DNA from: Trichoplax adhaerens
Lineage: Eukaryota; Animalia; Placozoa
NCBI RefSeq assembly: GCF_000150275.1
Contig: NW_002060950.1
Span: forward strand, 2,282,106 to 2,346,105
Length of the DNA: 64,000 bases
Direction: 5' to 3'
The translations under genes and the position numbers were made by a program. Shown piece after piece: positions 25,779 through 40,698 of the stretch; position 1 is the first letter of the stretch; each line of letters opens with the position of its first letter. A model generated the notes under the pieces. It saw nothing but the letters and a program-made list of their open reading frames with translations. It made no database searches and had not been told where the DNA came from.

Positions 25779-28700
25779 AGCTAAATAGAGTTATAGCCGA
25801 TATCTATTCAGTGTCTATATGTCCTTGCCAAGAAGTTGAGAATGTTTTAATTTTTCAAGCTATAGTCAAGGGTTTATGCGTCACCGCCAAGTTTTTGGTC
25901 GACAATAATGTATAAAGATGAAATGGTTTAAGATATAATATTATTTTAATGATAATTAAATCGTGTTTGTGCTCTCATTATCGAAAAGACTTATTGAAGA
26001 ATAATATAACGAAATGATTTTGTAACATGATGGAAGAATACTATCCAACTCTTAGATAAAATGAATCTAACCCCCAGGCTACTGACGTCATGGCTAAACT
26101 AGATCGAATTAAACTGATAATAATGAAGGTAGATGAAAGAGAAAATTTTCTATTTATTCATATTTCAATGGAGGCGATAGCGCAGGTAATTGCAGTTGTA
26201 TCCATTGATGTTATGTATTCGATAGATTCGCATTGATTGTCTTGTAACCAAAATAACAAAGAAAGACAGACAGTAAATACAATCAACTAGGCTGGATACT
26301 AATGGATTAAGGGTTGAAATTAATGAGAGTAACAATATTTTTTTTTCCTTGCAAGTTGATATTGTTTGTATATCCTCTTCGGCTAATGATTCAATACTAA
26401 TTTACACCTGCCAAAATGAGATAATACTGATACAGATAGTCTATCAATAGAAGGATCATATCGATGTTGAGTTTTATCTTTCATCATTCTTGACATCTGA
26501 TAGCGGTAAGAATTAGAAAGCCTTTATCATAACACTAACGTTTAAGTTGCTATAGCCGTTGCTTTATCAAGATATAGTCGAGGAGAAACTAAAATCATCC
26601 ACATTTGTATGTTTGTAAGGTCCAAAAACTGTAAGCTTAATTCTTTTTTAGTGAAAGTATCATAAATTCTTTACTATGTTGTCACTCATACATTACAACT
26701 AGGCAGAGAAAGTGCTAGGTGATCCTGAGTCTGGAAGGCTTAGAGTAACAACGGCCATCGTCGTTTCCACTAATGATAGGTGCGATGGTAGTAAGCGTAT
26801 AGGGTTGAATTACTGTTTGACATGATGTCATGTAGAATTATTTTTCTCAATTATAACTGAAATGACAGACGCTTCATTTTGAAAGCTTAACAGATTTACC
26901 GTAATTACTACGATTATATTGATCATGGCCGTGGATATGCTATTATCTATCTTGTTCGCTGATTTCTATCTATATTTACGTCAGATTTAAATCCAGAGAA
27001 GCAGCGGCTTCATTTATGATAACAGGAATATATTAGAAGTCATTTATATGATTGTAATTACTATTCTTACTAGATACAGATGTATTAATACTTCCTGCTT
27101 TGTCTACAGTTTAATAAGATATTTATTAGAATTATTCTCTAGAGATTAGCCAATGAGATATACGCGTAAAATGCCGTACTCTTTCTTTGTCTTCCTTGTA
27201 AAACCTACGACTACTTTAATGACTTGTTATGCTTACTGAATCAGGTGGCAGCTAAAGCGGTTATTTATTAAAATATTACAAGTAAGATATCGCTTAGTTG
27301 GTTATAAATTTTTCTTAGTTTCCGCAAAGATCGATATCGATAGTTAGAACCATATCAAAGCTTGTAAATTAGCTATACTAGTATATACTGTATATATATT
27401 TGGTCATCATGTAAGGTAATTTTATATCCAACATCCAAGTTTACGTTAACTAGAGAATTTAACGATGATACGAGACATTATTCTAGCAATTTTCAAACTT
27501 TGAAGTGCTGTTAACTTTCCATACTTGCGATATGAATGGAGATGGATGAAATAAACAGCGCCAGTTATGATTTATTTTACTGTTGATTGTATTTGCTATC
27601 GTACATTGTTGTAGATACTAATATTTAGTTGAAGATAGTCTATAAACTAGATTTCGCCGAAATCCATAATAACAACTAAGGCATATATATGTTCCTCGAA
27701 TTATTAATGATAGGAAATAAGTAGACTAGAATTAAACAATTCGTTTCTCTATGAAATACTTCCAATGACACAAATACAAATTTTGAATTACTTGGAATTT
27801 TAAAGAATAAAGTTATGGCCTTTTCACAAAGCGGCATAGATAATCTAATATATTTTAACATTTTGTAGCAAAATTTTAAAACTACAGTTGCTCTCATAGG
27901 TGAGGAAATTTATTGGTTTTCATACGGAATATAAACGGAACGGTGTTTATGTCAATATACTTGCTATCACTTAGCCTGCCATTATCGTATCGGTACTGAA
28001 ATAATTATAGACAGAGACCTAACTAATATTAATAAAATAGCCTGGTTTTAATACTGTACATCTCTATCAGACGGAATTGCATTTTTGAATGGAGATTAAA
28101 TGGTGTCATGGTACGAACCACTGTGAAGAGTAAATGACTAAATTTAGTAGTTGACATTTATATATGGAGATAACTAATAATGACTTTCAGCCAGAACTAC
28201 GGTAGTTATTATTTTATTACAGTAAATTATGCTGTACTGTCGTAAGAGTTCTTATAAGGTAACTAATGTTAATTAATCGATTATAGTGTTATATCTCGTA
28301 ACGCTTGTGATGAATATCCTGAAGATATTCAATTATAGATGAAACAGATGATACTATGAATAATTCTATGCATGGATATACTGTAATGCAATTATCTAGA
28401 ATCGTTCTGAACGTGTCTAAGGTTATGAACAATTTCTGTATCAATTTAGCGATCCAATATGAACTAAAATTCATGAATTGTTATGACTTCTACATGATAG
28501 CTGCTGCCGAAGGGTATTTAAGTTCGTCAGATAGTTGAATAAAAGAAGAGTTCTATAGTTGTTTAAAGTAGAAGTAAAGGCATCTAAATTCTTGTGATAT
28601 AGTTAAGGGATACTGAATCCCGGAGACTATAGTAATTTAGAAACTTTTTTATGCTATCTTTGTTAAGGAGTTGGTTTGTGACAGGTGTATACTGTACTGT

Positions 28701-31700
28701 CTACAGTTTTTTAATTTAATCATCAACTAAGGTAACTACAATTACAGATATAAATATCGATATGAAGATTTCGAAGAAAAATACTATTTATTGTATCATG
28801 TATAGCATGCTTGAATGAACAATGCAGGTTTATTGTATGTGTATAAAACTTTAGAATGACAGGTGCAACTGAATTTAGAAACAAATTGTTAATTTTAAGC
28901 TCACTAAGGGCCTATTTGCAGTTTGATAGATGTAGTAGATTGGAAATCTGTCTTCTGCACTGTCTACAGATTCCCATTTACGAACAAATTCTGGGAAAAA
29001 TTTAAGTGTAGAGTAATTGCTTCTACTCGTTGGAGTATAAAAACAGTAATTACTGAAGAAAGATCGGTAGGTTATCAGTAGCGAATTATAATTGTACTGT
29101 TTGAGACGTAGTCTTAGTAATAAAAGGTGAGATATTAATTTATCCCTGTCCCTTTGATTAGAGTGCTGATTCAATTCGACTGACAGCATTGATAAATTTT
29201 CTACCTTAATTATGATATAACCAGGTTCTGCAAGGAAGGATGAAATGCTGCGAACGGCTATTAGACCATTTAATGAATATTGTGTAAACAATCGATCCGT
29301 TGATCTTTGAATTGTGCTCAATGGCGTAATGAGTATCTACATGACATTGCCACTAGACAAATGATAAATTATTCCTCCTGTGAATTCTAACAGTAAGAGA
29401 GATGAATAACTGCTGCCTAGCTGTGATAATTATTTACGGTGATTTCCTTCAAAGATTAATTAATTAAATATGAGCAATAAGTAAAATTTTATTTATTGTG
29501 TCTCGATATAAATCGTCAAAAGAAGTACCTCGTTGGAGTCCATTATATGCTTGAAATGGTCGATAAGAATTAAAAGCTAAGAACTTTTAATGCTAAAATG
29601 TTCTCCTACTGTGATTGAAAGCAATTAAGTTATGTAAATGAATAAATTCTATTCTAGCGCTATATCAATGAATTATTGGAGTGAAGCCAACTTAAGAAAT
29701 ATTGTTTACGATGATGAAATAATCGGAGTTAACTAGTATCTATGATATTTGCTATAATAAAACGATTAGATGCAACTTTTAACTCGCAAATCTCTTTGGT
29801 TAAAAAATACCTATAAGTATATAGCGAGCCGAATTGAACTGTTGAAATGAGATTCTTGATTGTATTAAAATCGGCCGTTTACGTGTACCTCAGCACTTTA
29901 ATTATATCTGCTTTTAATTCTAACTCGCTTCATGACAATGTAGTTGCCTAATTCATATTGAACGCGCCTATAAACTTTCTTTGATTAAGGCGCAGATTTT
30001 GAGCGACGGGCTAACTGATCTAGCCTTATTGCAGTATTACTGACTGATTATAAAACGTGTTCATGTAATTCTCTTCAGAAAAAATCTGCTCGGATGTTAA
30101 TTCATTCATTTTCAGGATATAAATTAGTTACCGTACTGAAAAAATTATTAAATATTCGCATAATGAATTCTTGAATATCGGTAGTAATTACAAAAAATAG
30201 ATAAGGATTTAAATTAGCAAAGAATAGAAATTAATTTTTATTGTGATCTTTTAGTGAATTTACGAGGAATTTATAATGTTTAACTTTATGTTATTATGGA
30301 CTGAGTACGAGAGTATCATGCTACAAAAATAAAATGAGATGATAATTTAACATATTTATTGGCCAGCTGCTTGTAAGGCCTATAAGGGAATAAAACGTCA
30401 AAATTGTTTAAAGGTAAATTACAAGTTTATTTGTCATTAAATTTGATCATTAATGATACCTGCACCTGTCGAATTTTTCGGTTACAAAATAGAGCTAAAC
30501 AGGTCTATTAATTTTTGCAGTGATGATTACTGACATTATTTATTTATATAAACTTTAAAATTGAATGCCATAATTGCATCAGTCTGAGTTTAATCACTTA
30601 ATGGACTGTTACAGTGTTATATACTGTATTACAGTAGAAATATCAATGTTAGGATAATTCTATTAGACTATCCTTATTTAGTTAACTTCTAATTTGGATA
30701 TACTGTATTTTAATATAGCACTGACTTTTTATGACAGTGACACTTATACACATACTGAAATTAATAGTTATAATAGGGAATGCAAATCATCTGCTTACAG
30801 TTCGAATCATTGTGATTGTAATTTACTTATGGTAGACTGTAAATTATCTTGGAAATGTTCCGTGATAGGACATATCGTAATCTGACTATTCTGTATTAGT
30901 CATTATATGTCTATGTTCGTAAATACTGTTGTCTGCATTAAGGGAGCAGTAGCTAAAATTAATATCTAATTCAGTAAATGATTCTAATGTTGATTGTATT
31001 AACTATGACTCATGATCTATTGAGGATTAGTATATAAATGCAGTATATCGTGAAATAAAGAAGAATTGTCCAACTTAGTGTTTAACGTAAATACGAGGCA
31101 TTTAAGTCTTTGTGTAATCTGCTAGTAGAGCAAAAGTGTTTGTGATAGTACAGATATCGTTACTTGATACGTGGTTCAAGGAATTGACTTATTGATCGTA
31201 TATTGCGTTATCTTGTTGCAAAGCTGTTTTGTAACATGGACTGATTAAAGTAATATTTTATGATTGTTCAGTAATGTCTTTAGAACGCAGACGATTAATA
31301 ATTATATTGAATAGGAGTTCATTTGCTTTTAGTTAACGTTAACAAAATAGAAACATCTTTAAACACGTAGCGTTTCAGTGCAGAATTATAAGGTTATAAT
31401 TTCGAATAACTATTCATAGTTCGATAATCCTTTAAGCTCAGACGTCAGAATTTACTTCCATTCTAGCAGCATGAATTAGGTATTTAGTTAACTGCTAAGA
31501 GTAAATCCATAAATTGAAATGGAAATCCATGGAAGTAATTCTCTTTAAAGAAGGTCTGAAATACAAAGAAACAGAAACTAATTTACAATACTTTCACATA
31601 AGTTAAAACGAATAGATATTGCTATCATTGTAAATCAAAATTGAGGGATGGCATGTTTAAATAATATATCTTAGGAAATTAACTATAAGCTTATTCACTC

Positions 31701-34700
31701 CAGAAGGATAACATAAATAAGAGCGAAAGATGATAAGCTTTAAATAGTCAGTAGCTATAATAAAGATGTGTAATTAATGAATTAGTTTGGAACCTTAGAA
31801 ATTTTTAAAAACGTTAGAATATCGCAGTACTCAGATTACTTCAGATCCTTATTTATGGTAAACTTAGTAGATTTCGTAGTGTAGTGTATGTTAGCTTTAC
31901 TCTTAAGCGATTACGCACGGTAAATTCTTAATCTCTGTTATCTGGGTTTACACTAAAATTTAAGCTGATTGTAGATGAACGTCATGATGTGGTTAGGATA
32001 GTATACGACTGCAAAAATCTTCTATGATTGATCGCAATATTTCTTATAAGTAGGATTAATTTCATTAATAGGCCTGCTAACTCACGCATATCCAATTATT
32101 TGTTGCTATGGTACTATTAACATAAGACGTAATGGGGTTATCGGAAGATTTCATCAAAATGAAATCATAATTATGCTATTTAATCTTATGAAAAGAAATA
32201 CAATGAAGCAGGAACTAATATCGAAAAAGATTATTTTGGTTGATTATAAATTAGGTACAGAATAACATCTCGTCTTATATCTAAACCTTGAATCCAAAAT
32301 GAATAAGTCAGTAAGGATAAGATGAATATTTAATTCTGAAAAAACAACTAAGGCTGGTAAGATTGGTTATCCAGATAATGCTTTACATTCATTATTTAAG
32401 TTCGAAATAAATTAAAATTTCTGATGAATCCTGCCGTGCTTGTAGCCTTTAATTTTAATTTTTGCTTTCTATGATTACTCGCTGAACGGATATAATAACT
32501 GTGTATTTTCTTAAATGACAGCATGAAATTGTTCATTATTTTTATTTCTTATTGGAACCTAATATTAAAGTATAAATGTATAATCTTCACGGGAAACCTG
32601 AATGTTATAATTTGAGATATACAAAAAAATTTACAAAGTCGCTTAATACGTTTGGTAACCATATAGTAGTAACTGTGGTCTTTCAAAAAAATTTCATTGC
32701 AAACTTTACAATCCGTAATATAATATATTCATTTACGCAATGAAACACATTTCTGATAATATAAATTTTACTGTAATATATCTAACAATTACACGGCACA
32801 ATCAATATGGCTTAATTCTTTAAATAAATACCGGTATATAGTTTATTTTGTAATAGAGTGATACGTACTGTATATTCACTTATTTTACGTGGTATCGAAC
32901 GCACATATATTTTATATTGCCCTTTTTTGGCTCCAAAATCCAGCGAACACATGTTTTAATATATTACTACAGTAGCTCGAGAGACATACAATAGCTAGAG
33001 CTATCGTACTCTATAAGTCATTTCCTAAACGAAATAGATCCTGTATTGTCGACTTACGCGTGTATAAGACAGTGTAATATTGTATTGTAAGTTGATGATA
33101 CATTTAGTAATGTCTACCGTAGGTATTGTGTTCAACATGTGATCGATATTCTCGTTAGAGGCTTAAGTATTAAATATTGCTAGCTTAGTAACTGTAATCC
33201 TTTTGAAGAGGAGCGCTACAGTGCTCACACTAGAGCTTCACATGAAAGGTGTAAACTATCCTGTATTTGAGATGCTAATACTGAAGTGTATAGTAAGTAA
33301 GGCGCTAAGACTGTAAACGCGGAAAAGTATATAAGCGAGTAGTTTAGTATTTAGGTAATTCTTTCTCGTTAGAGGTCCACAGCTAATCGATTACGTTGTA
33401 TCTTCGTAAACGAGGTTATGTTCAATAAATCTTAATTTTCTAAAGTTTTGAAGATTCTAGATCTATCAACCTCACAGCGTGGTAATTATGATTGGCGTCT
33501 AAGGTGCCAATAAAGCCTTAAAGCAATCAATTTCTGCTTAATTTGCTGATTTAAGAGGTTTTATTGCTGTAACTAATTTAAACTTTATTGAAGAAATAAA
33601 TCCTTGTATTCTAAAATCAGAAAAACTTTTAATTAACTGCATATCGAAAAATTATAGTAATGAGTAATTTTCGAATGATATCGTATGCAGAAGGTTTCTA
33701 ATGACACTAGATCATACTGAATGGGGTAATTCCAAGAAATTGCTTCATGATGATGATGGACAAAATAAAATCATCAAACTATTTTTCAGTAAAATATGCA
33801 CCGTCTATGTAGTACTCATGATGAACAATACATATTGAGATCTTTTCGTCAAGGGAACGCGATGACAGCTGTCTAGACTAATTTATGAATAGTCTATCTA
33901 CTTACATGGTATCACAATTTCAATTCTGTGACAAGTTAACCTAGAACAAAAGTCTATAAGTAGCTTCTGATTAAACACCCTTTTATTTAACGTTAAATAC
34001 ATACAAAAAACACCGTAAAGGCATAACTTTTATTAGCAAAAATACATCTACAACTTTTCGCCACAGCACTCAACTCAAATGTTCCTGTTTATTTAGGAGC
34101 CATCTTATTTGTGAACAACAACTGTAGTATTATTGTACCATACTAGGAGCAACATTTCGAACTGAGATGTTCCTTACATAGCTTTTCTAACAGTATATAT
34201 TTGAATCTCATACTCGCACTTAATCTTAATCTAAGCACTAGGTTATCCAATTCAACTGTCATCAACTAGAGCTTGAATTATCTTACTACTTTCTATCACA
34301 CAATAACAATCGATATCAAATATGTAATGAACTATTTACAAACAACATCCACATGTTAAGGCATTACTTATCTTACCTAGAACTACAAATATGGATATTT
34401 CCCATATTAGCTACTAGTGTATTTATTAAAATATCCTAACGGTAAGGCAATACCGTAATACACGGGAACGAAGATGTTTGCATTGAGAGCTTAATTTGCT
34501 CAAACACAATTCTTATTCTAACATCTGCTGATATTTTGAGGGCACCAAGTGTAGTAAGGATAACTTTTTCACTAAACGGATGCAATTTTAGCATCGATCT
34601 TTTTAACTCTAAAGAAAACTAGAATGATTAAGTCCGATATTGTACGATTGCTGTATATGTTCAGTACAAGAGCGATAGTCTTAATTTTTAGATTATAAAT

Positions 34701-35119
34701 AAATATGATTGCTTTAACACATGCTGAGAGAATTCTATTTTTAAGTTATTACTCATTTAGGCAACCTTTCTGTCACTATCAGTCGCGGCTTAGATTGACC
34801 TATTACCGTATTTAAGAGATAGAACTTATATCTGACCCTATCTATCATCTACTAATTTGGAAATCTTATCTGAATGTAAAATTTTTATCAAAAAGAGAAC
34901 AGAATCTTTTAATTTGAAACACCTTGACCATTCCACAAATTAATAGATACATACTTTAATAGATAATATGCAAGGTGAAGTTACTGATATTCGCTGATGT
35001 CTTTAGCTTTAAATTTGGTAATTGCTTACTTGTACATGAATATATTTAAAACCAACGCACTTGTGCTGCAGTAAATATAAAATAGATTCATCGGATAAAT
35101 TCTAAACACCTTGTAATGT

Positions 35120-35515
35120 AACTTAGTATTGTGATTGTAGACTGTTAGCCATGTGTAGTATAATGTACGGTAGATATTTATCCTAAGAGATATTTGGTAG
35201 CTGTAACTATAGACTGTAGTGGTAGAGACTCTATGCTAGAGTACAGATGACTATATACAGTAAGCTGTTGAGTTACTAATATGGCTATAGGTAAAAATAG
35301 AACTATAAATCATATATTAGGATATGGTTAATTCATTGTACTTTGGCTGGTGTGAATAATGTCTACGTAAGTACTGTAGTCGTGTCCATATTGGATTAAT
35401 GATGGTCCGCAGTAGAATAGTCTTACTAAGAATAATTTAACTATATGTAAAATAAGGTAAAAGGTTGCCATGCGGATTGTAGCTGCGAATGCTACGGAAA
35501 ATATAAAAGCATGCA
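35120..35515. repeat. Copy 1 of a diverged ~400 bp direct duplication
   Basis: Shares colinear blocks with 44610-45030 (atgtacggtag, ctatgctag, gtaaaaatag, taaatcatatattaggatat, atattggattaatga, gaatgctacg). Confidence 0.8.
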
Positions 35516-38500
35516 ACTTTAGATTATTCTGTTAGTTCGTTCTAGAAGTCTTTAGTAGTAGTATTCGGCTAGAGTAGAGCTGTGTAGTTAATCTTTGTAT
35601 AAGATTCAATAAAGCTTTTATTTTTCTAAAATTTGGAATTTCGTGATTGGTATATATCACACACCTATATAGCTTACGATCATAAGTTATGTTTGACGTT
35701 ACAGAACCAAAGTTTATCCAATAAAATTTTAGCTCGTATAATTCGCATTTCAAAATCATCAACACAGATTGAATTTCTACTTCATTCTAAGCCTATTTGT
35801 GAGGCATAAACACATCTAAAAGTAATCTTAGCACGTGAAATCTAGTACATTAATTACTTTTAATGGTAACATCTGGATTGTATGTTAGTCATCGATTTAT
35901 TGTTAAAATTAATAAATTCTAGAGTAAGCCATTGTTCTTAACTCTTAAGAAGTAAAGGGATAATTAATTACTAAAAATCTTGCGAACAGATATTAAGTAG
36001 CTGAAGTTTCAAAGTTTATGGATATAGTCAACCATAAATTCAGGAAATATAAACTGTAAAATATAAAATTCTGTTCCATACATCAATTAATTAGTTATAA
36101 TGCTATTCTGTTATAGGTATCAGTTGTGGAGTAACAAATTGCACCTCTTTGGTGTAATAATTAAATTGTTACAACTCAAGGGCTAAATGCTATTTCATAA
36201 TAGTAAGAGAAGATGAATTAATTAATTTTAAATATAAGCATGATATTAAAGTCAAACTGAATCTTATACAAGAAGGGTTACCGTATTGGATAGATTGCTA
36301 TCGCTAGTTTTCAATCAAATATGAGCAAGACCAATTTGCAACTTTACGCTTTCAGTTCGTATAATGCTGCAAATTTAATTATTTTTCTTTCACTATAACT
36401 CTAAATTTCTTTAATCCCTACGTATTTGCTAACGCAACTGCTATGTTGTACGCATATGTAGTTATAAAGTGAGGTACTGATGAGATCTCTAATTTGAGGT
36501 TAACATAGTTTTTAAATTCACTAAAAAATTTATTTCACTGTTGATAAACCAATAGAGTTTTCTTAGTTTAAATAAAGAATTAATTATTCGCTTTCATATA
36601 CTTGATGAAATTTTACGACATTGATTAAGATTAGCAACCGAATATTGATAAGATTCAATTTTCAACTAAATAAAGTGAAACAATATCATAATAAATTGCT
36701 TAAGGCTTTAATCTCTTAATTGTTCTATACTTTCCGGTTCTTTTTCTGGTATTGATAGTAACCATAAGCATAAATTTTTTAAATATATATAGCATTATAT
36801 TATGAGTAGATAGCTTGAATTAAACATATACGGACATTAGAAGAAATTTTAAAAATTTTGATAACATCATGAGAAATAATGTAGTTTTAGTGTTGTGGAA
36901 AAACATCTTATCGTTGATAGCTAGTTATGAACCCTTATGATGGCGTTACTGCTAATAGCCATTCTTTTTCATTTAGGTATACTTTCGAGACCGCTGCAAC
37001 TGCCAATCGTCATAAAAATCGTACATCCCCTTTTTTAATTAAATCAAATAATAATAATTGTTCGTTTTTGTTTGCTATATAATGAGATCTACCAGATAAT
37101 TGATCATTGCTTTATCGATTAAGTTCGGTTTAAATTTATTCGGAGTTCCTCACCCATTGGAAAAGAATACTTATAAATTCTATATTGACGTACAATGTAT
37201 TATTCTCCAATAACGGTTATTTGTTTGGGTACAAGCTAAATGTTCTTTTATTATATGATAATTAATTAATAGCTGTAAGAGATTGAATGTTTAAAAGTAG
37301 AATGATGAAATGATGTCGTAAATGATTAAATATAAGTTTAAATCAGAAGATTGATAATACAACGATTAATTTCTTACGTATAGAAGATCAAAGTATATAA
37401 CTGAACTCAATCATTTGGGATTACCTTCGGTATAAAAGCCAATGACATCTACCGTATTTGAAGATATCATTTAAAATTAATGGGTATAAAATAATTATTG
37501 TATGTTAGCGTGATCACACAAAATAGTATTATTCATATCAGAATTAGGTTGAAATTGTATAGCGCCAGCAGCTTAGGAATCAAGGATAAAATGGTATAAT
37601 ATAGCAACTAATGCCTCAGTAAACTGAAAGAAAGAAATATTACTATTAGATAGTAATTAACAAGATTAATAATGATTATAATTACTATAGACATCAGAGA
37701 ATTTAAAATTTCTTACCCGAGTTATCATCATTAAGATAAAGAGTAGATGTAGATTCTAGTCTATCATTTAAGCAAAAGTATGAAAGAATGACTTATGCCA
37801 AGAACATAATGAAGAAAGAACTTAACATAGAAACGACCATCGTTACTTGCTTTCGGAAGTTAAAGAATGAAGAAAAAATAGTGTTTAAGTCTTGACTACA
37901 GTATAAGTACTATTGCACTAAGTGCGTTACAATTGAATCAAATGAAGAAGTAATGACGAATAGAATTAGTTAAGAAACCGGAGGAAAGTCTTTTTGCCAG
38001 TTGTCTAGAAATTATCTGAAAGATCTTGGATCAGTTTTAACATTAAAATTTCTAGCTGGAATAAGCAAGAAAGTGATAAATGAATGCGATCTATAGCATT
38101 TCTTGATCCGAGAACGCTCAATCTAAATTTAATTTTAGGAATCAAATATATGCTATACTAGACGCTTCTTCTTTGATACAACAGACCAATTACGTTTTCA
38201 ATTAACGCTTGGAATTGCACGCGACTGTATCAATTAGATGATCAATCTGAGAAGGTTAATAAAGTCCATCAGTCCATACCCTATACTGACTATGGCTATT
38301 GTTTTGTTATTTATTTCGTGTTTTCTCTGGTTCAATTTCTTATACAATTAAATTGGGTGATCATAATAATACATATAAGAGCTATGGAGTCGAAATGGAG
38401 AACGGTGCCAGTAGTCTCTTGCTTAATTATTTTGCTATGAATTGCAGCAGTATTAGGAAATATTTATCGTTCTCGGCGAAGAATAAGAATGAAAATTTTA

Positions 38501-39693
38501 GTGAATGTATGTAACTCTTAAATAATAATTGTAATCAGTGAGAATATACGAGGACAAGAATGACATCATAGAATTTTTTAAAGAATCTCTCAAATAAAGT
38601 CTATTGAAGCAATATCGAAACATTGACGTGAGAGTTTATCCAAAGAAGTATCGATATTCTTAAATTATATAAGAACCCATTAATAAGACGAGTTTAAAGT
38701 GGTATAGTGAAACTTATTGCAGACTTCATCATTAAAAGAAGTAATGATATGATCGCGAGATTCGTATGTAGAATTTAAATTACCAGTATTAAATGATATC
38801 CAAGGATTGGTATGGTCCAGGTAAAGAAATGTTGAAGTGAAATCGTTAGAATGATAGGAATGTACATTAAAAGAAGGAGCTTGAAGTAATCATTTTAGAA
38901 ATAAAGTCGCACGATAGACTTGTAATGAAATTTCGTGTAATGTGGCCAAATTTATTAAAATTCGCAATTATAAGAAAGACTACTTTTCAGGTAAATTTAG
39001 TATTACTTAAGATTGTTTTTATTAAACTCTAACAAGAATTATATTAACGATAGAATCTACCGCAGAAAATGTATACGAATCCAATTTTCCGGTTTTATCA
39101 AAACTGCTCATTAAATCAATTAATTTGCGGATGAATTGGGGATTTTTTAATATAAAATAATCTTACTACAGTGTATGGTCCACATTTAGCCATCTAGTAC
39201 GGTATTATATGAATATGTATCAGAGTGGAAGAAAGAGTTTTTCTGAAAGTTAAAATGCCTTTAAATGGAATTTACCGGTGAAAAAGCTATAAGTCTTTAT
39301 TCAGATTGCATCAGTTTAGATTAGTGATAAGCATTATCAGTGATAATGTTGATATCAACATTTACTAAATGAGCTTACTACAGTATCCTTACTTTAAAAT
39401 CGTTGCCAAACCCTTTATATGCACTGATATACTGAAGTAAATATGAACTCCTTCCATATTCTGGCTTGAAAAGTTCTTTATCTTTCATTTATTATTACAA
39501 TGAATCTATTGTAGTTTTAATGATTTACCGCTATGCCTTAAACATGGGCACAAAATCGGGAGAGGCTTACTAACCTTAAATTAGCAGCAAATGGATATTT
39601 TTACCGCATTAGAAAGAAGGAAATAGTAGACTGCATAAATTCCGAGGTATATGGTTGCTAATTCCTTAAAGATTTGGCTGACTGTGATTAGAA

Positions 39694-40698
39694 TTAATAC
39701 GTAGGGTTAACTTTTCCTCTTGAAAATCGCACAGTAGACGCCAAATAAGCAGATGCTTTAGTATTAGTTGAATCTCCAATATTAGCATCATAACGTTGGC
39801 GGCGTAGTATACTAATAGTTAATCGTCGTTGCCCTTTCATTAAAGCTTGCTGAACTTCGTGTTTCAATGAACCAGTAAATAAGGTATAAAATATTGGATT
39901 CAAGGCTGTGTGAATGTAAGGTAATATTCGTAAACCAATTTGAATGGCTTCTTTAACTTTTGAAGGTAGCAATATCGATGATCGAATCATGTAATAGATA
40001 CAGAAAGGTAACCAACATATCAAATAGAAACTAGTGATCAATACCACCTGATAATAAGCACGATTATTTTTACGTACAGTTGTGGTTAGTTGTTTTGCTG
40101 TCTTGCTGTAGCTAACAACGAGGTATAAAATCCACATATAGAGGGAGAGTGTAATAATACATGGTATAAAATACATAAATAAGAATAGTAACCACTGAAC
40201 GGCTAAAATCCCACTTGGCGATTGATCGAGGATATACCAAACTTTGATCAGAAGGAATGAAGCAATAAAGGGGATTAACCATGCGATGATATTAATAGAT
40301 ACGATAATAGTAGTAGTCATAATTCGTTTATATTTTAATGGAATATAGACTCGCAGAAAGCGATGAACAGTTAGCATGGTGATTTGCCAATTAAATGCTC
40401 CTACAAATGCATTTTGCACTGCTAAGGCAGATAGCATATCTATTTTCAATTGGGCTATCAGAATTAGATGAATAATTCCTGTTCCAATACTGGAAGTAAA
40501 TATATTGCTAATGAATGTAACTTCACGATTTCTTAATGTTTTGTGAAATAAAACAAAACTTAGGCCCAAAAAATTAATTGCAATAACTATTATAGCGATG
40601 ATCAAGGTTATTGTATTTTCGATGGCTAAAACTTGAGCGGCAACAGACAGTGTCTCATCCAGTGTTTGATTGTTTTGCGAAGAATTAGTACTAGCCAT
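39694..40698 (-). CDS. Single-exon orphan rhodopsin-family (class A) GPCR, 334 aa
   Basis: Seven hydrophobic segments, N-terminal N-glycosylation sequons (NSS, NQT), TVHRF (DRY-equivalent), W4.50, FIP...Y in TM5, CWLPF and ALNPIFY. Confidence 0.92.
   Translation of the reverse strand: MASTNSSQNNQTLDETLSVAAQVLAIENTITLIIAIIVIAINFLGLSFVLFHKTLRNREVTFISNIFTSSIGTGIIHLILIAQLKIDMLSALAVQNAFVGAFNWQITMLTVHRFLRVYIPLKYKRIMTTTIIVSINIIAWLIPFIASFLLIKVWYILDQSPSGILAVQWLLFLFMYFIPCIITLSLYMWILYLVVSYSKTAKQLTTTVRKNNRAYYQVVLITSFYLICWLPFCIYYMIRSSILLPSKVKEAIQIGLRILPYIHTALNPIFYTLFTGSLKHEVQQALMKGQRRLTISILRRQRYDANIGDSTNTKASAYLASTVRFSRGKVNPTY

Noticed and set aside
28875-29321. 148 aa minus-strand ORF
   Set aside because: Non-ATG start, no motif, and no convincing exon context.
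37400-37700. Possible GPCR pseudogene remnant (hydrophobic minus-strand fragments)
   Set aside because: Stops interrupt it and no diagnostic motif is present; AT-rich DNA gives hydrophobic translations by chance.
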